From a virus (taxonomy: Duplodnaviria > Caudoviricetes): a stretch of DNA of 28,707 bases. A program made the translations under genes and the position numbers. The stretch covers positions 1-28,707 of IMG/VR virus record IMGVR_UViG_3300020042_007322; one strand, written 5' to 3'. Below, piece after piece: positions 1 through 7,047 of this stretch. Numbering within the stretch: position 1 is the first letter of the stretch; each line of letters begins with the position of its first letter. Below the pieces are notes generated by a model. The model did not search any database, was not told the origin of the DNA, and saw only the letters and a program-made list of their open reading frames with translations.

Positions 1-433
1 AGTAAATGAGGCTTATTATAAATTATCAACATTAAATAACATTAACTGGACACCATACCGAGATGAATTATTTAATATGAATTTAAAAGACGAAAAGCAA
101 CACCGCAAGGCCTTCGGTGGCGAGGTTAGAGAGTATGAAACACCAATGGCCGATTGTGCTAGGCTTTTTGTCGTGAAACATATTGCAGAGGCTTTAATTA
201 AGCCTAACCGATACACAATTAAAGATACTTTACACATAAAAAAATCATGTATTCAGGCTCAAGCCTTAGTAGAAAATTATGAGCATAGAATTATCGAGGC
301 TTGGCATATTTTCGATTTTCAATTATTAGCTGATTTAGATTATATTCTTTTGATTGATTATCAACATTATTTAGAGAATATCGAAAGAATGAAGGCATAC
401 GATCAAATAGAACCCATTACATTAAACGCTTAG
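1..433 (+). CDS. Hypothetical early protein, 5'-truncated copy of 3034-3498
   Basis: The frame is open from the window edge. The protein is identical to 3034..3498 except one Q/A change. Confidence 0.85.
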   Translation, partial: VNEAYYKLSTLNNINWTPYRDELFNMNLKDEKQHRKAFGGEVREYETPMADCARLFVVKHIAEALIKPNRYTIKDTLHIKKSCIQAQALVENYEHRIIEAWHIFDFQLLADLDYILLIDYQHYLENIERMKAYDQIEPITLNA

Positions 434-502
434 TTTAATCTTTAAGCGCCTTTTATAAGGGCGCTTAGGGGCTTAAATTAGGCCTATTTAATTAGAGAGG
501 GT
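431..502 (+). promoter_or_regulatory. Intergenic long hairpin plus RBS module, copy 1 (possible RNase III site)
   Basis: TAAGCGCC/GGCGCTTA inner stem with TAGTTTAA/TTAAATTA outer stem, then CCTATTTAAT and GAGAGGG RBS. Repeated at 2963-3036 and 4191-4261. Confidence 0.55.
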
Positions 503-505
503 TAA

Positions 506-688
506 ATGATGAGTTATATTGACGAGCAATTTAAAAAAGTTTTTGCTGATTTAGATCATGTTATCCAGTTAAAAATAGTTGGCAAAGGCGGAAGCACAAA
601 ATGGTTAAGCATTACCGAGCATGAGGCGGAATATATCCATAGGCTTCTAAAATCTAATAATTATGATGAAAGGCCTAGCGCACAATGA
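506..688 (+). CDS. Hypothetical early protein (homolog of 2800-2961)
   Basis: GAGAGGG RBS. Shares WLSITEHEA with the minus-strand ORF 2800-2961. Confidence 0.8.
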   Translation: MMSYIDEQFKKVFADLDHVIQLKIVGKGGSTKWLSITEHEAEYIHRLLKSNNYDERPSAQ

Positions 689-1005
689 AATATATTATAC
701 AAGACAACGAAGGCGGGAATTTTGGTGCTTGGTCATACGATAACCCGCCAACAGAGGCGGAAATTATAGATCATTTTAAGGGAATGAGTGATGACGAGGA
801 TTTAGGCGGTGATGAGCCTATACCGCATGAGGCTTTTTCTTTAGGCATGATATCGGATATTTGGAATGTTGAATTTATCCCTGTATCAGATCATATTAAG
901 GCGCTTGAGGCGGATTTAAAAGATTTAGGCAGTAATTACATGACGGGAATGTATCAAGATATCACAGATCAATTAACCATAATGAGAGGGGCTTTAAATG
1001 AATGA
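685..1005 (+). CDS. Acidic hypothetical early protein
   Basis: ATGA overlap with the upstream gene; D/E-rich. Confidence 0.75.
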   Translation: MKYIIQDNEGGNFGAWSYDNPPTEAEIIDHFKGMSDDEDLGGDEPIPHEAFSLGMISDIWNVEFIPVSDHIKALEADLKDLGSNYMTGMYQDITDQLTIMRGALNE

Positions 1006-1216
1006 CTATATTAAAAACAGAATAGAATTAGAAAATCATGCTAAAAAAGAGGATTGCAAGGGGGGCGATTTAGATGAGAGTTATTCAGGCGCTTTATGGG
1101 ATTGGGCGGGTGAAATAGCTAGTCTTTCTTTAGATGAGGCCTTAGCTGAGGAATTACAAGAACAGATATATTATGCGCTTCAAGAAACTTTTGAAACATT
1201 ACATAAAGGGGCTTAA
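998..1216 (+). CDS. Acidic hypothetical early protein
   Basis: AGAGGGG RBS; overlaps the upstream stop. Confidence 0.75.
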   Translation: MNDYIKNRIELENHAKKEDCKGGDLDESYSGALWDWAGEIASLSLDEALAEELQEQIYYALQETFETLHKGA

Positions 1217-1217
1217 C

Positions 1218-1397
1218 ATGGACTATATATCAGAAAAAGGCATTTTATTAAATGATTTTGGGCATGAATTAAGAGATGAGGAAGGCGGTTTGATCTACAT
1301 TGAGCCTAAGTATCGCAACAATTATGAAGTATTAACTGATGATCAAAGAGGGATTGAGGCTTTCGTAAGTTTTATTGACTATTACAGAGGGGAATAA
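1218..1397 (+). CDS. Hypothetical early protein (homolog of 2661-2798)
   Basis: Start moved to ATG 1218 after AAAGGGG. MDYISEKGILLNDFGHE matches ORF 2661-2798. Confidence 0.8.
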   Translation: MDYISEKGILLNDFGHELRDEEGGLIYIEPKYRNNYEVLTDDQRGIEAFVSFIDYYRGE

Positions 1398-1398
1398 C

Positions 1399-1581
1399 AT
1401 GAATGATAAACAAATTCAAAAGATGATAGATAATTTAGTAGATATAAGCTATAGATTGGCAGATGACAAAGATTATGACGAAACAATAGCACCTCGCTTG
1501 AAAACTATCATAGGCTATTTAAGAAATAAGCAATTTATCCGAGATCAAATTAATGAATTAGAAGGGGCTTACAATGAATGA
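1399..1581 (+). CDS. Hypothetical early protein
   Basis: Start moved to ATG 1399 after the GAGGGG RBS. Confidence 0.7.
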   Translation: MNDKQIQKMIDNLVDISYRLADDKDYDETIAPRLKTIIGYLRNKQFIRDQINELEGAYNE

Positions 1582-1737
1582 CATTATTGAAACAATAGAA
1601 TATAAAAACTATAACATTCAATTATGTTATGACACTTTTCCCGATGATCCTAGAAAATTTAATGAAAATTTAGGCTTTATGGCCTGTTTTCATAAGCGCT
1701 ATAATTTAGGCGATAAGCATAATTTTAGCGAACCTCA
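1574..1737 (+). pseudogene. Early phage protein truncated at the ~1735 breakpoint
   Basis: The N-terminus DDPRKFNENLGFMACFHKRYNLGDKH resembles a recurrent, normally longer phage family (from memory). After HNFSEP the frame runs antisense into ORF 1745-1900. Confidence 0.55.
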
Positions 1738-1744
1738 TGCTTAT

Positions 1745-1900
1745 TCATATTGCCCCCTCTGTTTGTTTAACATCACTATGTTGTTTGCGCCAAGCCTTAA
1801 CCAAAGAATAGCGCATGGCCTCTCTTAAAGTTCTTGGTGTCTGCCATTGATAATAATTGTATCTAAAAAAGTGCTTTGCTTTGTCTTGATCTGTTTTCAT
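1745..1900 (-). CDS. Hypothetical early protein
   Basis: MKTDQDKAK start at 1900 with GAGGGA RBS. Confidence 0.7.
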   Translation of the reverse strand: MKTDQDKAKHFFRYNYYQWQTPRTLREAMRYSLVKAWRKQHSDVKQTEGAI

Positions 1901-1908
1901 ATGTCCCT

Positions 1909-2349
1909 CTACCATGATGATTGATAATAAAAATCCCAATGATCTTTAAGACTATCGTCATTAATCAGCTTTTCTAAAGCGGGGATTGTGCGCCTAATCT
2001 GTTCTAATTCCCATTCCTTGCCATCATTGTCATCAGCTTGAAGCGGTAATATATCCTTTGTTAATGACGGATTTTTATCTACCCTTTTCAAAGTATCTAG
2101 TAATTCCTTTAATTTATACCTTTCAACCCAATATTCTTTGCAATCATCTTCACCTCTTTGTGCATTGACAACGAACCAATGATGAATAGCCCATGCCTTG
2201 CGCCAATAAAAAGCCTCTCTTGCCACTTCTTTAGTTTGGCCTAAACTTTCACCGCCTACTTCCGCACCAATCTTTTCTGCTAAAGCCCTATCATCATCGC
2301 TAATATTCCAAAGATAGCGCTTTGCTGATAAATACATATCTAAACCCAT
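1909..2349 (-). CDS. Conserved phage hypothetical protein (MGLDMYL...YWRK...YQSSW family)
   Basis: Recognisable motifs MGLDMYL, YWRKAxAIHxWF and C-terminal YYQSSW; AAAGGGG RBS. Confidence 0.85.
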   Translation of the reverse strand: MGLDMYLSAKRYLWNISDDDRALAEKIGAEVGGESLGQTKEVAREAFYWRKAWAIHHWFVVNAQRGEDDCKEYWVERYKLKELLDTLKRVDKNPSLTKDILPLQADDNDGKEWELEQIRRTIPALEKLINDDSLKDHWDFYYQSSW

Positions 2350-2425
2350 GATGTTCCCCTTTTCTAGTTAATAAAACATAAAACCGCCTCATGCTAAGTA
2401 CTGACGCAAACTTTTATATGCGCCA

Positions 2426-2611
2426 CTACTTATCCCATAAAGCGATAATCTCACCTGATTTAATCATATCCGCAACCCAAAGGCCAAAGTCTGTTGATTT
2501 ATAAAAGGCATTAAAGCCCTTATCCTCGTGCCTGAATTTCTGAAAACGATCAACCAAGTCATAGTAATAAACTTGCTCTAATTTTTCCATATAACCCTTT
2601 CTGTTGGCCAA
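2426..2611 (-). CDS. Hypothetical early protein
   Basis: TTG start after AAGGGG RBS, directly behind a hairpin. Confidence 0.65.
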   Translation of the reverse strand: MANRKGYMEKLEQVYYYDLVDRFQKFRHEDKGFNAFYKSTDFGLWVADMIKSGEIIALWDK

Positions 2612-2660
2612 AAATAGCCCCTTAAAGCCCCTTTAAAGAGGCTTTAAAAGATATTTCTAG

Positions 2661-2798
2661 TTAAGCCCTTTCATCATCAGTTAATACTTCATAATTTTTA
2701 CGATACTTAGGCTCAATAAAGATGATCTCGCCATTTTCATCTCGTATTTCATGCCCAAAGTCATTTAATAAAATTCCGCTTTCTGAGATATAGTCCAT
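2661..2798 (-). CDS. Hypothetical early protein, 45 aa (homolog of 1218-1397); not in ORF track
   Basis: Hand translation MDYISESGILLNDFGHEIRDENGEIIFIEPKYRKNYEVLTDDERA; AAAGGTG RBS. Confidence 0.8.
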   Translation of the reverse strand: MDYISESGILLNDFGHEIRDENGEIIFIEPKYRKNYEVLTDDERA

Positions 2799-2799
2799 G

Positions 2800-2961
2800 T
2801 TATTCACCTTTCCTAGATTTTAAAATGTCTTTTATTAATTGCGCCTCATGCTCAGTAATGCTAAGCCAATGAGTATGCGCCCCGTCTGCCTGAATTTTCA
2901 GGTTTAAAGCCTCGCCTTTCGTTTCAAAAATCTTGTTAAATTGTTGCTCGATATAATCCAC
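2800..2961 (-). CDS. Hypothetical early protein, 53 aa (homolog of 506-688); not in ORF track
   Basis: GTG start after GAAAGGG; MDYIEQQFNKIF...HWLSITEHEAQLIKDILKSRKGE. Confidence 0.8.
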   Translation of the reverse strand: MDYIEQQFNKIFETKGEALNLKIQADGAHTHWLSITEHEAQLIKDILKSRKGE

Positions 2962-2962
2962 A

Positions 2963-3466
2963 ATCAACCCTTTCATTAAATAGGCTTAATTTAAGCCCCT
3001 AAGCGCCCTATAAAAAGGCGCTTAAAGATTAAACTAAGCGTTTAATGTAATAGGTTCTATTTGATCGTATGCCTTCATTCTTTCGATATTCTCTAAATAA
3101 TGCGCATAGTCTATCAGTAGAATATAGTCTAAATCCGCTAATAATTGAAAATCGAAAATATGCCAAGCCTCAATAATTCTATGCTCATAATTTTCTACTA
3201 AGGCTTGAGCCTGAATACATGATTTTTTTATGTGTAAAGTATCTTTGATTGTGTATCGGTTCGGCTTAATAAGCGCCTCTGCGATATGTTTAACGACAAA
3301 AAGCCTAGCACAATCGGCCATTGGTGTTTCATACTCTCTAACCTCGCCCCCGAAGGCCTTGCGGTGTTGCTTTTCGTCTTTTAAATTCATATTAAATAAT
3401 TCATCTCGGTATGGTGTCCAGTTAATGTTATTTAATGTTGATAATTTATAATAAGCCTCATTTACT
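2963..3466. repeat. Right arm of inverted duplication (pairs with 1-502), includes hairpin module copy 2
   Basis: Reverse complement aligns to 1-502. Confidence 0.95.
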
Positions 3467-3498
3467 AACTTTATAGTGTCTTTTTGATGTTTATTCAT
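3034..3498 (-). CDS. Hypothetical early protein (duplicated)
   Basis: 154 aa ORF with AAAGGGG RBS. Differences from the second copy are almost all synonymous. Confidence 0.85.
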   Translation of the reverse strand: MNKHQKDTIKLVNEAYYKLSTLNNINWTPYRDELFNMNLKDEKQHRKAFGGEVREYETPMADCARLFVVKHIAEALIKPNRYTIKDTLHIKKSCIQAQALVENYEHRIIEAWHIFDFQLLADLDYILLIDYAHYLENIERMKAYDQIEPITLNA

Positions 3499-3674
3499 TT
3501 TGTAGCCCCTTTTTGTTGTCGTTTCATTTTTAATACAATTTCACAAGCCTGAAGCCTTAAATTATCATCATCTGAATTTAAGAAGCCCCCAAGCATGTTT
3601 AAAGCCTTCCGCATGTTTCGAAGTTCCCATTCAGGCCTAGCGGATAAATTAGTAATATATTCTTGAAGTGTCAT
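3495..3674 (-). CDS. Hypothetical early protein, 59 aa; not in ORF track
   Basis: MTLQEYITNLSARPEWELRNMRKAL...; ATGA overlaps on both sides. Confidence 0.7.
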   Translation of the reverse strand: MTLQEYITNLSARPEWELRNMRKALNMLGGFLNSDDDNLRLQACEIVLKMKRQQKGATK

Positions 3675-3862
3675 TTTGAAGCCCCCTGTATAAGCGAAGC
3701 CAAGCGATCAGCGAACCATTCATTAATTAAGGTTAAAGCGTCTTTTTCAGGTATGTTATAAATAGAAGCGATAATATCAGGGCTTATTACAAGCCCCTGA
3801 TCGTGTGCCTTGTCTATCATTCTGAAAATCCAATCTTTTTTAAATATAGCTTGTTTATCCAT
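3671..3862 (-). CDS. Hypothetical early protein
   Basis: AAAGGGG RBS, coupled overlap. Confidence 0.7.
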   Translation of the reverse strand: MDKQAIFKKDWIFRMIDKAHDQGLVISPDIIASIYNIPEKDALTLINEWFADRLASLIQGASK

Positions 3863-4037
3863 TTGAAGCCCCTTTTTGAAGTAATGAAATACTAATTAAA
3901 GCATGATGATTGAAAGCCCTGAAATCTCGATAGCTAGTATCAAAGAGCCTATTAATAGCCATAACCTCATTTTTAGCTAAAACATAAGTTTTGTATTGTT
4001 TATTATCTTTAATGTATAAAGCCCGATATTTATTCAT
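3855..4037 (-). CDS. Hypothetical early protein
   Basis: AAAGGGG RBS, coupled overlap. Confidence 0.7.
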   Translation of the reverse strand: MNKYRALYIKDNKQYKTYVLAKNEVMAINRLFDTSYRDFRAFNHHALISISLLQKGASNG

Positions 4038-4182
4038 AAGAAGCCCCTTTGATAGCTAAAAAAGCATAGCCCCCCGCCACAATAAAGCATAGAAGCGAAG
4101 CGAATAAGCCTATAAACTCTAGGCAATAAACACCTAGAACCGATAGAAGCGTAGATTGTAAAGCCCTTATTAATTCATACAT
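4030..4182 (-). CDS. Small hydrophobic membrane protein, 50 aa; not in ORF track
   Basis: MYELIRALQSTLLSVLGVYCLEFIGLFASLLCFIVAGGYAFLAIKGASYE; GAAAGGG RBS. Confidence 0.65.
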   Translation of the reverse strand: MYELIRALQSTLLSVLGVYCLEFIGLFASLLCFIVAGGYAFLAIKGASYE

Positions 4183-4190
4183 AATGATTT

Positions 4191-4261
4191 CCCTTTCATT
4201 AAATAGGCTTAAATTAAGCCCTAAAGCCCCCTAGATGTTAAGAGGCTTTAAGATTAATCTA
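4191..4261 (-). promoter_or_regulatory. Intergenic hairpin plus RBS module, copy 3
   Basis: On the minus strand: TAAAGCCTC...GGGGCTTTA stem, then TTAAGCCTATTTAATGAAAGGG, the same tail as copy 2. Confidence 0.55.
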
Positions 4262-4423
4262 AAATCCAATAGCTATTTCTATTCCAAACTCTACCATTTG
4301 GCCTTGCTTTAATAATCGAATAGCCTGTTCGATAGCCTCTGCCTCTGTTTTATACTCGCTCTCGATAGGCTTGTCTTCTATTGATTGTCTAGCTCTTAAA
4401 TAGAATTGTTCTTGTGATTTCAT
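4259..4423 (-). CDS. First gene of leftward early operon
   Basis: MKSQEQF start at 4423 after the AAAGGGG RBS. Confidence 0.7.
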   Translation of the reverse strand: MKSQEQFYLRARQSIEDKPIESEYKTEAEAIEQAIRLLKQGQMVEFGIEIAIGF

Positions 4424-4471
4424 ATATTGCCCCTTTCGTTGATAAATAAGGCCTCTCAAAGCCTTAAAGAT

Positions 4472-4500
4472 ATTAGATCAAAGATTATTAAAGAATGCAA
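4472..4500 (-). promoter_or_regulatory. Putative sigma70 early promoter
   Basis: TTGCAT-N17-TCTAAT with a TG extended -10, upstream of the leftward operon. Confidence 0.5.
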
Positions 4501-4757
4501 GTTATTTATACAATTATTTTCAATGACCCAATCCGCCCCAATAAAGCGCATGGATAGCGAAGCGAAAAAGCCCGATATAGCTTATAAGCGTATAGGGAAA
4601 GCATATAGGAATGTATCATAATTGGTTAATAGGATAACCTTACCCGATAAGAGATCGTTTGTTATAGAGCGTTTCTGAAGGTCAAAAAGATAGTAATATA
4701 TAACAAAACAATATATAATGGCCTTTTCTTATTCGTTCCCGTTATATACCCATTATT

Positions 4758-5591
4758 ATGAAGCTAACCCGAAAGCAAATAAAAGAAGGCCTCGAAGCTA
4801 CCCCGATAGATACTTTACTCATGGGAAGCCCTAAGACATTGACAAAAAAGCAAAAAGAATTTGCGGAAGCATTAGCGCTCACAGGTAATAAGGCGGAAGC
4901 ATACCGCCAAGCCTATGACACACACTCAAGCCCTAACATTCAAAGCCTCGAAGGCCAACGCCTAGCAAAAAACCCTATCATCGCTCTACAGGTGGAAGCG
5001 ATAAAGCTATCATTAGAAGCACAAAAATATCTTTTACCCGCTCATTTAAGGGCGCTCACTATCCAAAAGCTAACAGAAAAGGCACTCGATCCCGAAGTCA
5101 ATCACGCTCAACAGATCAAAGCGCTTGAATTACTCGGCAAGATAACAGAAGTCGCTCTATTCTCAGAGCGTAAAGAGATCATTACCACCGATACAAGCGC
5201 AACCGCTAAGGATAGATTAATACAATCTCTAGCCCAAGCGATAAGATCAAGCGCTCATATTTCTATGGATAAGAAACGGGAAGCAGACGATCTACTGGCC
5301 GAGATAACAGGCGGAAGTCTAGCGAACCCTGAACCCGATACAATAGATCAAGCGCATGAGGATAACATTACCCAAGATGATAAGCCCGAAGGATATCTTC
5401 AAAGCGAACCTGAGGAAGCAGAAAAGCAGAATAGGGAAGAGATGATTGAAAAGTTAGTAGAATATAGGGTTGATAATTTTGATCTTCGTGAACTTGCTGA
5501 TGTATTTATAGGGGGCATAATAGGTTATGACGAGATGTCAGACGAAGAAGTAAAAGATCAATATAAACTTTTTTTTGAGGAGGCAGTATGA
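4758..5591 (+). CDS. terS: Terminase small subunit, apparently fused at ~5411 to an unrelated acidic early ORF
   Basis: LTKKQKEFA...GNKAEAYRQAY HTH and IKALELLGK motif typical of the Terminase_2 family. The last ~55 aa resemble ORF 7721-7915. Confidence 0.75.
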   Translation: MKLTRKQIKEGLEATPIDTLLMGSPKTLTKKQKEFAEALALTGNKAEAYRQAYDTHSSPNIQSLEGQRLAKNPIIALQVEAIKLSLEAQKYLLPAHLRALTIQKLTEKALDPEVNHAQQIKALELLGKITEVALFSERKEIITTDTSATAKDRLIQSLAQAIRSSAHISMDKKREADDLLAEITGGSLANPEPDTIDQAHEDNITQDDKPEGYLQSEPEEAEKQNREEMIEKLVEYRVDNFDLRELADVFIGGIIGYDEMSDEEVKDQYKLFFEEAV

Positions 5592-5767
5592 CAATAGATG
5601 ACAAAAGAGAGGCTTGTGTTAAATTTGAAACTGATTGGCTTCAAAGTGGTGCTGAGCGTGATGATTTGGAGTGGATTATTAGAGATGGTTGGGTAGGTTG
5701 GGCTAATCAATCCATTGAAGCAGTAGAAAGATTTTATAAAGATAATATCGAGGAGGAAGTAAGATGA
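5588..5767 (+). CDS. Acidic early protein, 59 aa (GxxG[YW] paralog family); not in ORF track
   Basis: MTIDDKREACV...IIRDGWVGWANQSIEAVERFY; GAGGAGG RBS, ATGA overlaps. Confidence 0.75.
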   Translation: MTIDDKREACVKFETDWLQSGAERDDLEWIIRDGWVGWANQSIEAVERFYKDNIEEEVR

Positions 5768-6030
5768 CACCGCAAGAGAGAAAAAAATATGACTTAGAGA
5801 TTGCTGATGTATGGAATAGAAAGGTTAGTGATTTCTTAGTAGGCAAGACTATTAAATCAGTTAGATACATGAACCATAAAGAGATGGAGGACTTTATGTG
5901 GTATAAAAAGCCTGTCATTATTGATTTTACTGATGGCTCATGGATAATTCCGCAGAGTGATGACGAAGGTAATAATGGTGGTGCGCTATATACTTCTGAT
6001 GATAGGCTAGGAGTTATACCCGCTATATGA
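5764..6030 (+). CDS. Conserved phage hypothetical protein (DDEGNxGG motif)
   Basis: LVGKTIKSVRY...FTDG...SDDEGNNGGAL; GAGGA RBS. Confidence 0.8.
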   Translation: MTPQERKKYDLEIADVWNRKVSDFLVGKTIKSVRYMNHKEMEDFMWYKKPVIIDFTDGSWIIPQSDDEGNNGGALYTSDDRLGVIPAI

Positions 6031-6072
6031 GTGATACCCGATAGCGCCTCATGGGTGCTATCTGATTATCAT
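6031..6072 (+). promoter_or_regulatory. Intergenic hairpin (processing or stability element)
   Basis: GATAGCGCC/GGTGCTATC inner stem with TGATA/TATCA outer stem, directly after a stop codon; no U-tract. Confidence 0.45.
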
Positions 6073-6102
6073 TTGATAATCTTAACTAACGAGGGAACTA
6101 TA

Positions 6103-6321
6103 ATGAAAAACATTTTAGATTTAGATCAAGTATGTGAAATTGCAAACGATGTTTATTTTGAAGTTATTGACCATTTAGGCTTGTATGACGATATGGTTCA
6201 GCAGACAAAGAACGGGAGTGAGAACACAGAACAGGGTTCACAACTCTATTATTTAATAGAAGATGCAGTTAAAAGTGCTATTAAATATAAAGAAGAAGAT
6301 GAGGAGGAAGATGATGAGTAA
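6103..6321 (+). CDS. Acidic early protein
   Basis: MKNILDL start at 6103 after GAGGGA; poly-D/E tail. Confidence 0.75.
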   Translation: MKNILDLDQVCEIANDVYFEVIDHLGLYDDMVQQTKNGSENTEQGSQLYYLIEDAVKSAIKYKEEDEEEDDE

Positions 6322-6481
6322 GTTTTATATTGAAGCAAGGGAAACTCATGTGTATAAAACAATGGTGGAGGCTCAAGATCGTGATGAGGCTAGTGAAAAG
6401 TTTTGGGAGTTATATAGCGATTTAGAACCTTCTGATATTAGAGATGCAGATATAACATTTATAGCGGAGAGCCAACAATGA
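6311..6481 (+). CDS. DpnD/PcfM-like small acidic protein, paralog 1
   Basis: KFYIEARE...VEAQDRDEA motif. Confidence 0.7.
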   Translation: MMSKFYIEARETHVYKTMVEAQDRDEASEKFWELYSDLEPSDIRDADITFIAESQQ

Positions 6482-6681
6482 AAAGATATGAAATTATCAT
6501 ACCAAAACAAGTGGCTTTTACAGAGAATGAAATATATTACATTGATGCTGAAAGCCAAGATGAAGCTATTAAATTAATGGATAGTGGCGCATATGAACCT
6601 GAGTATGAAGATGCGGGTGATTATGAAACTATCAATACATATGAAACTGAGATAAGGGAGATTGAAAATGAAAACATTTAG
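6478..6681 (+). CDS. DpnD/PcfM-like small acidic protein, paralog 2
   Basis: KRYEIII...IDAESQDEA motif. Confidence 0.7.
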   Translation: MKRYEIIIPKQVAFTENEIYYIDAESQDEAIKLMDSGAYEPEYEDAGDYETINTYETEIREIENENI

Positions 6682-6895
6682 AGTTATCGTGCCTGAAAAG
6701 CGTGAGGAAATAGTTGATGTCGTTTATCAAATAGAAGCAGAGAATAAGGAAGCAATAGATAAGCTATTTGAGGATTGTGATTTTTTTAATCATGCTCATT
6801 ACATTGAAACTTTACCAAGTAATTGGGGTTTTGAAATAATAGATTATTATCAAGATAAAAGAGAGATAGAGGAGATTAAAGATGAAAACATTTAG
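6668..6895 (+). CDS. DpnD/PcfM-like small acidic protein, paralog 3
   Basis: KTFRVIV...IEAENKEA motif. Confidence 0.7.
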   Translation: MKTFRVIVPEKREEIVDVVYQIEAENKEAIDKLFEDCDFFNHAHYIETLPSNWGFEIIDYYQDKREIEEIKDENI

Positions 6896-7046
6896 AGTTA
6901 AAGCAAGTGAGCAAGTGTTTTATCAAGAAGATATTGATGCAAAAAATGAGGAAGAAGCTATTGAAAAGTTTTATGAACTTATGCAAGACGGAGGCTTAGA
7001 GCCTTGCGATAGCGATAATTTTACAATAGATCAAGTGGAGGACTAA
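6882..7046 (+). CDS. DpnD/PcfM-like small acidic protein, paralog 4; not in ORF track
   Basis: MKTFRVKASEQVFYQEDIDAKNEEEAIEKF...; GAGGAG RBS. Confidence 0.75.
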   Translation: MKTFRVKASEQVFYQEDIDAKNEEEAIEKFYELMQDGGLEPCDSDNFTIDQVED

Positions 7047-7047
7047 G

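Larger units (their letters stand above)
1..502. repeat. Left arm of inverted duplication (pairs with 2963-3466); truncated by window edge
   Basis: Position 1 pairs with 3466 and 433 with 3034. About 19 differences in 433 nt by hand count, with the first ~117 nt identical. Similarity continues through the intergenic hairpin and RBS. Confidence 0.95.

Noticed and set aside
16-237. Minus ORF 16-237 and its mirror 3230-3451
   Set aside because: Antisense shadows. Substitutions between the copies are synonymous in the opposite-strand frame.
431-4261. Hairpin repeats as a CRISPR array
   Set aside because: Few copies, kb-scale irregular spacing, separated by genes. The Cas4-like nuclease is a normal phage recombination exonuclease next to ERF.
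4427-4621. Plus ORF of 64 aa
   Set aside because: TTG start without RBS, spanning the divergent promoter region.
1727-5411. 9-bp direct repeat AGCGAACCT read as the target-site duplication of a 3.7-kb IS/transposon
   Set aside because: No transposase or terminal inverted repeats inside. The CCTCA/TGAGG join explains the truncated 1748 gene better, though this reading is not fully excluded.
5409-5415. CCTGAGG (Bsu36I-type site) as a restriction/ligation artefact
   Set aside because: The partner junction CCTCATG is not a compatible site.
5558-5918. Minus ORFs 5558-5770 and 5703-5918 (likewise 6373-6558)
   Set aside because: Shadows of coupled plus-strand genes with good RBSs.
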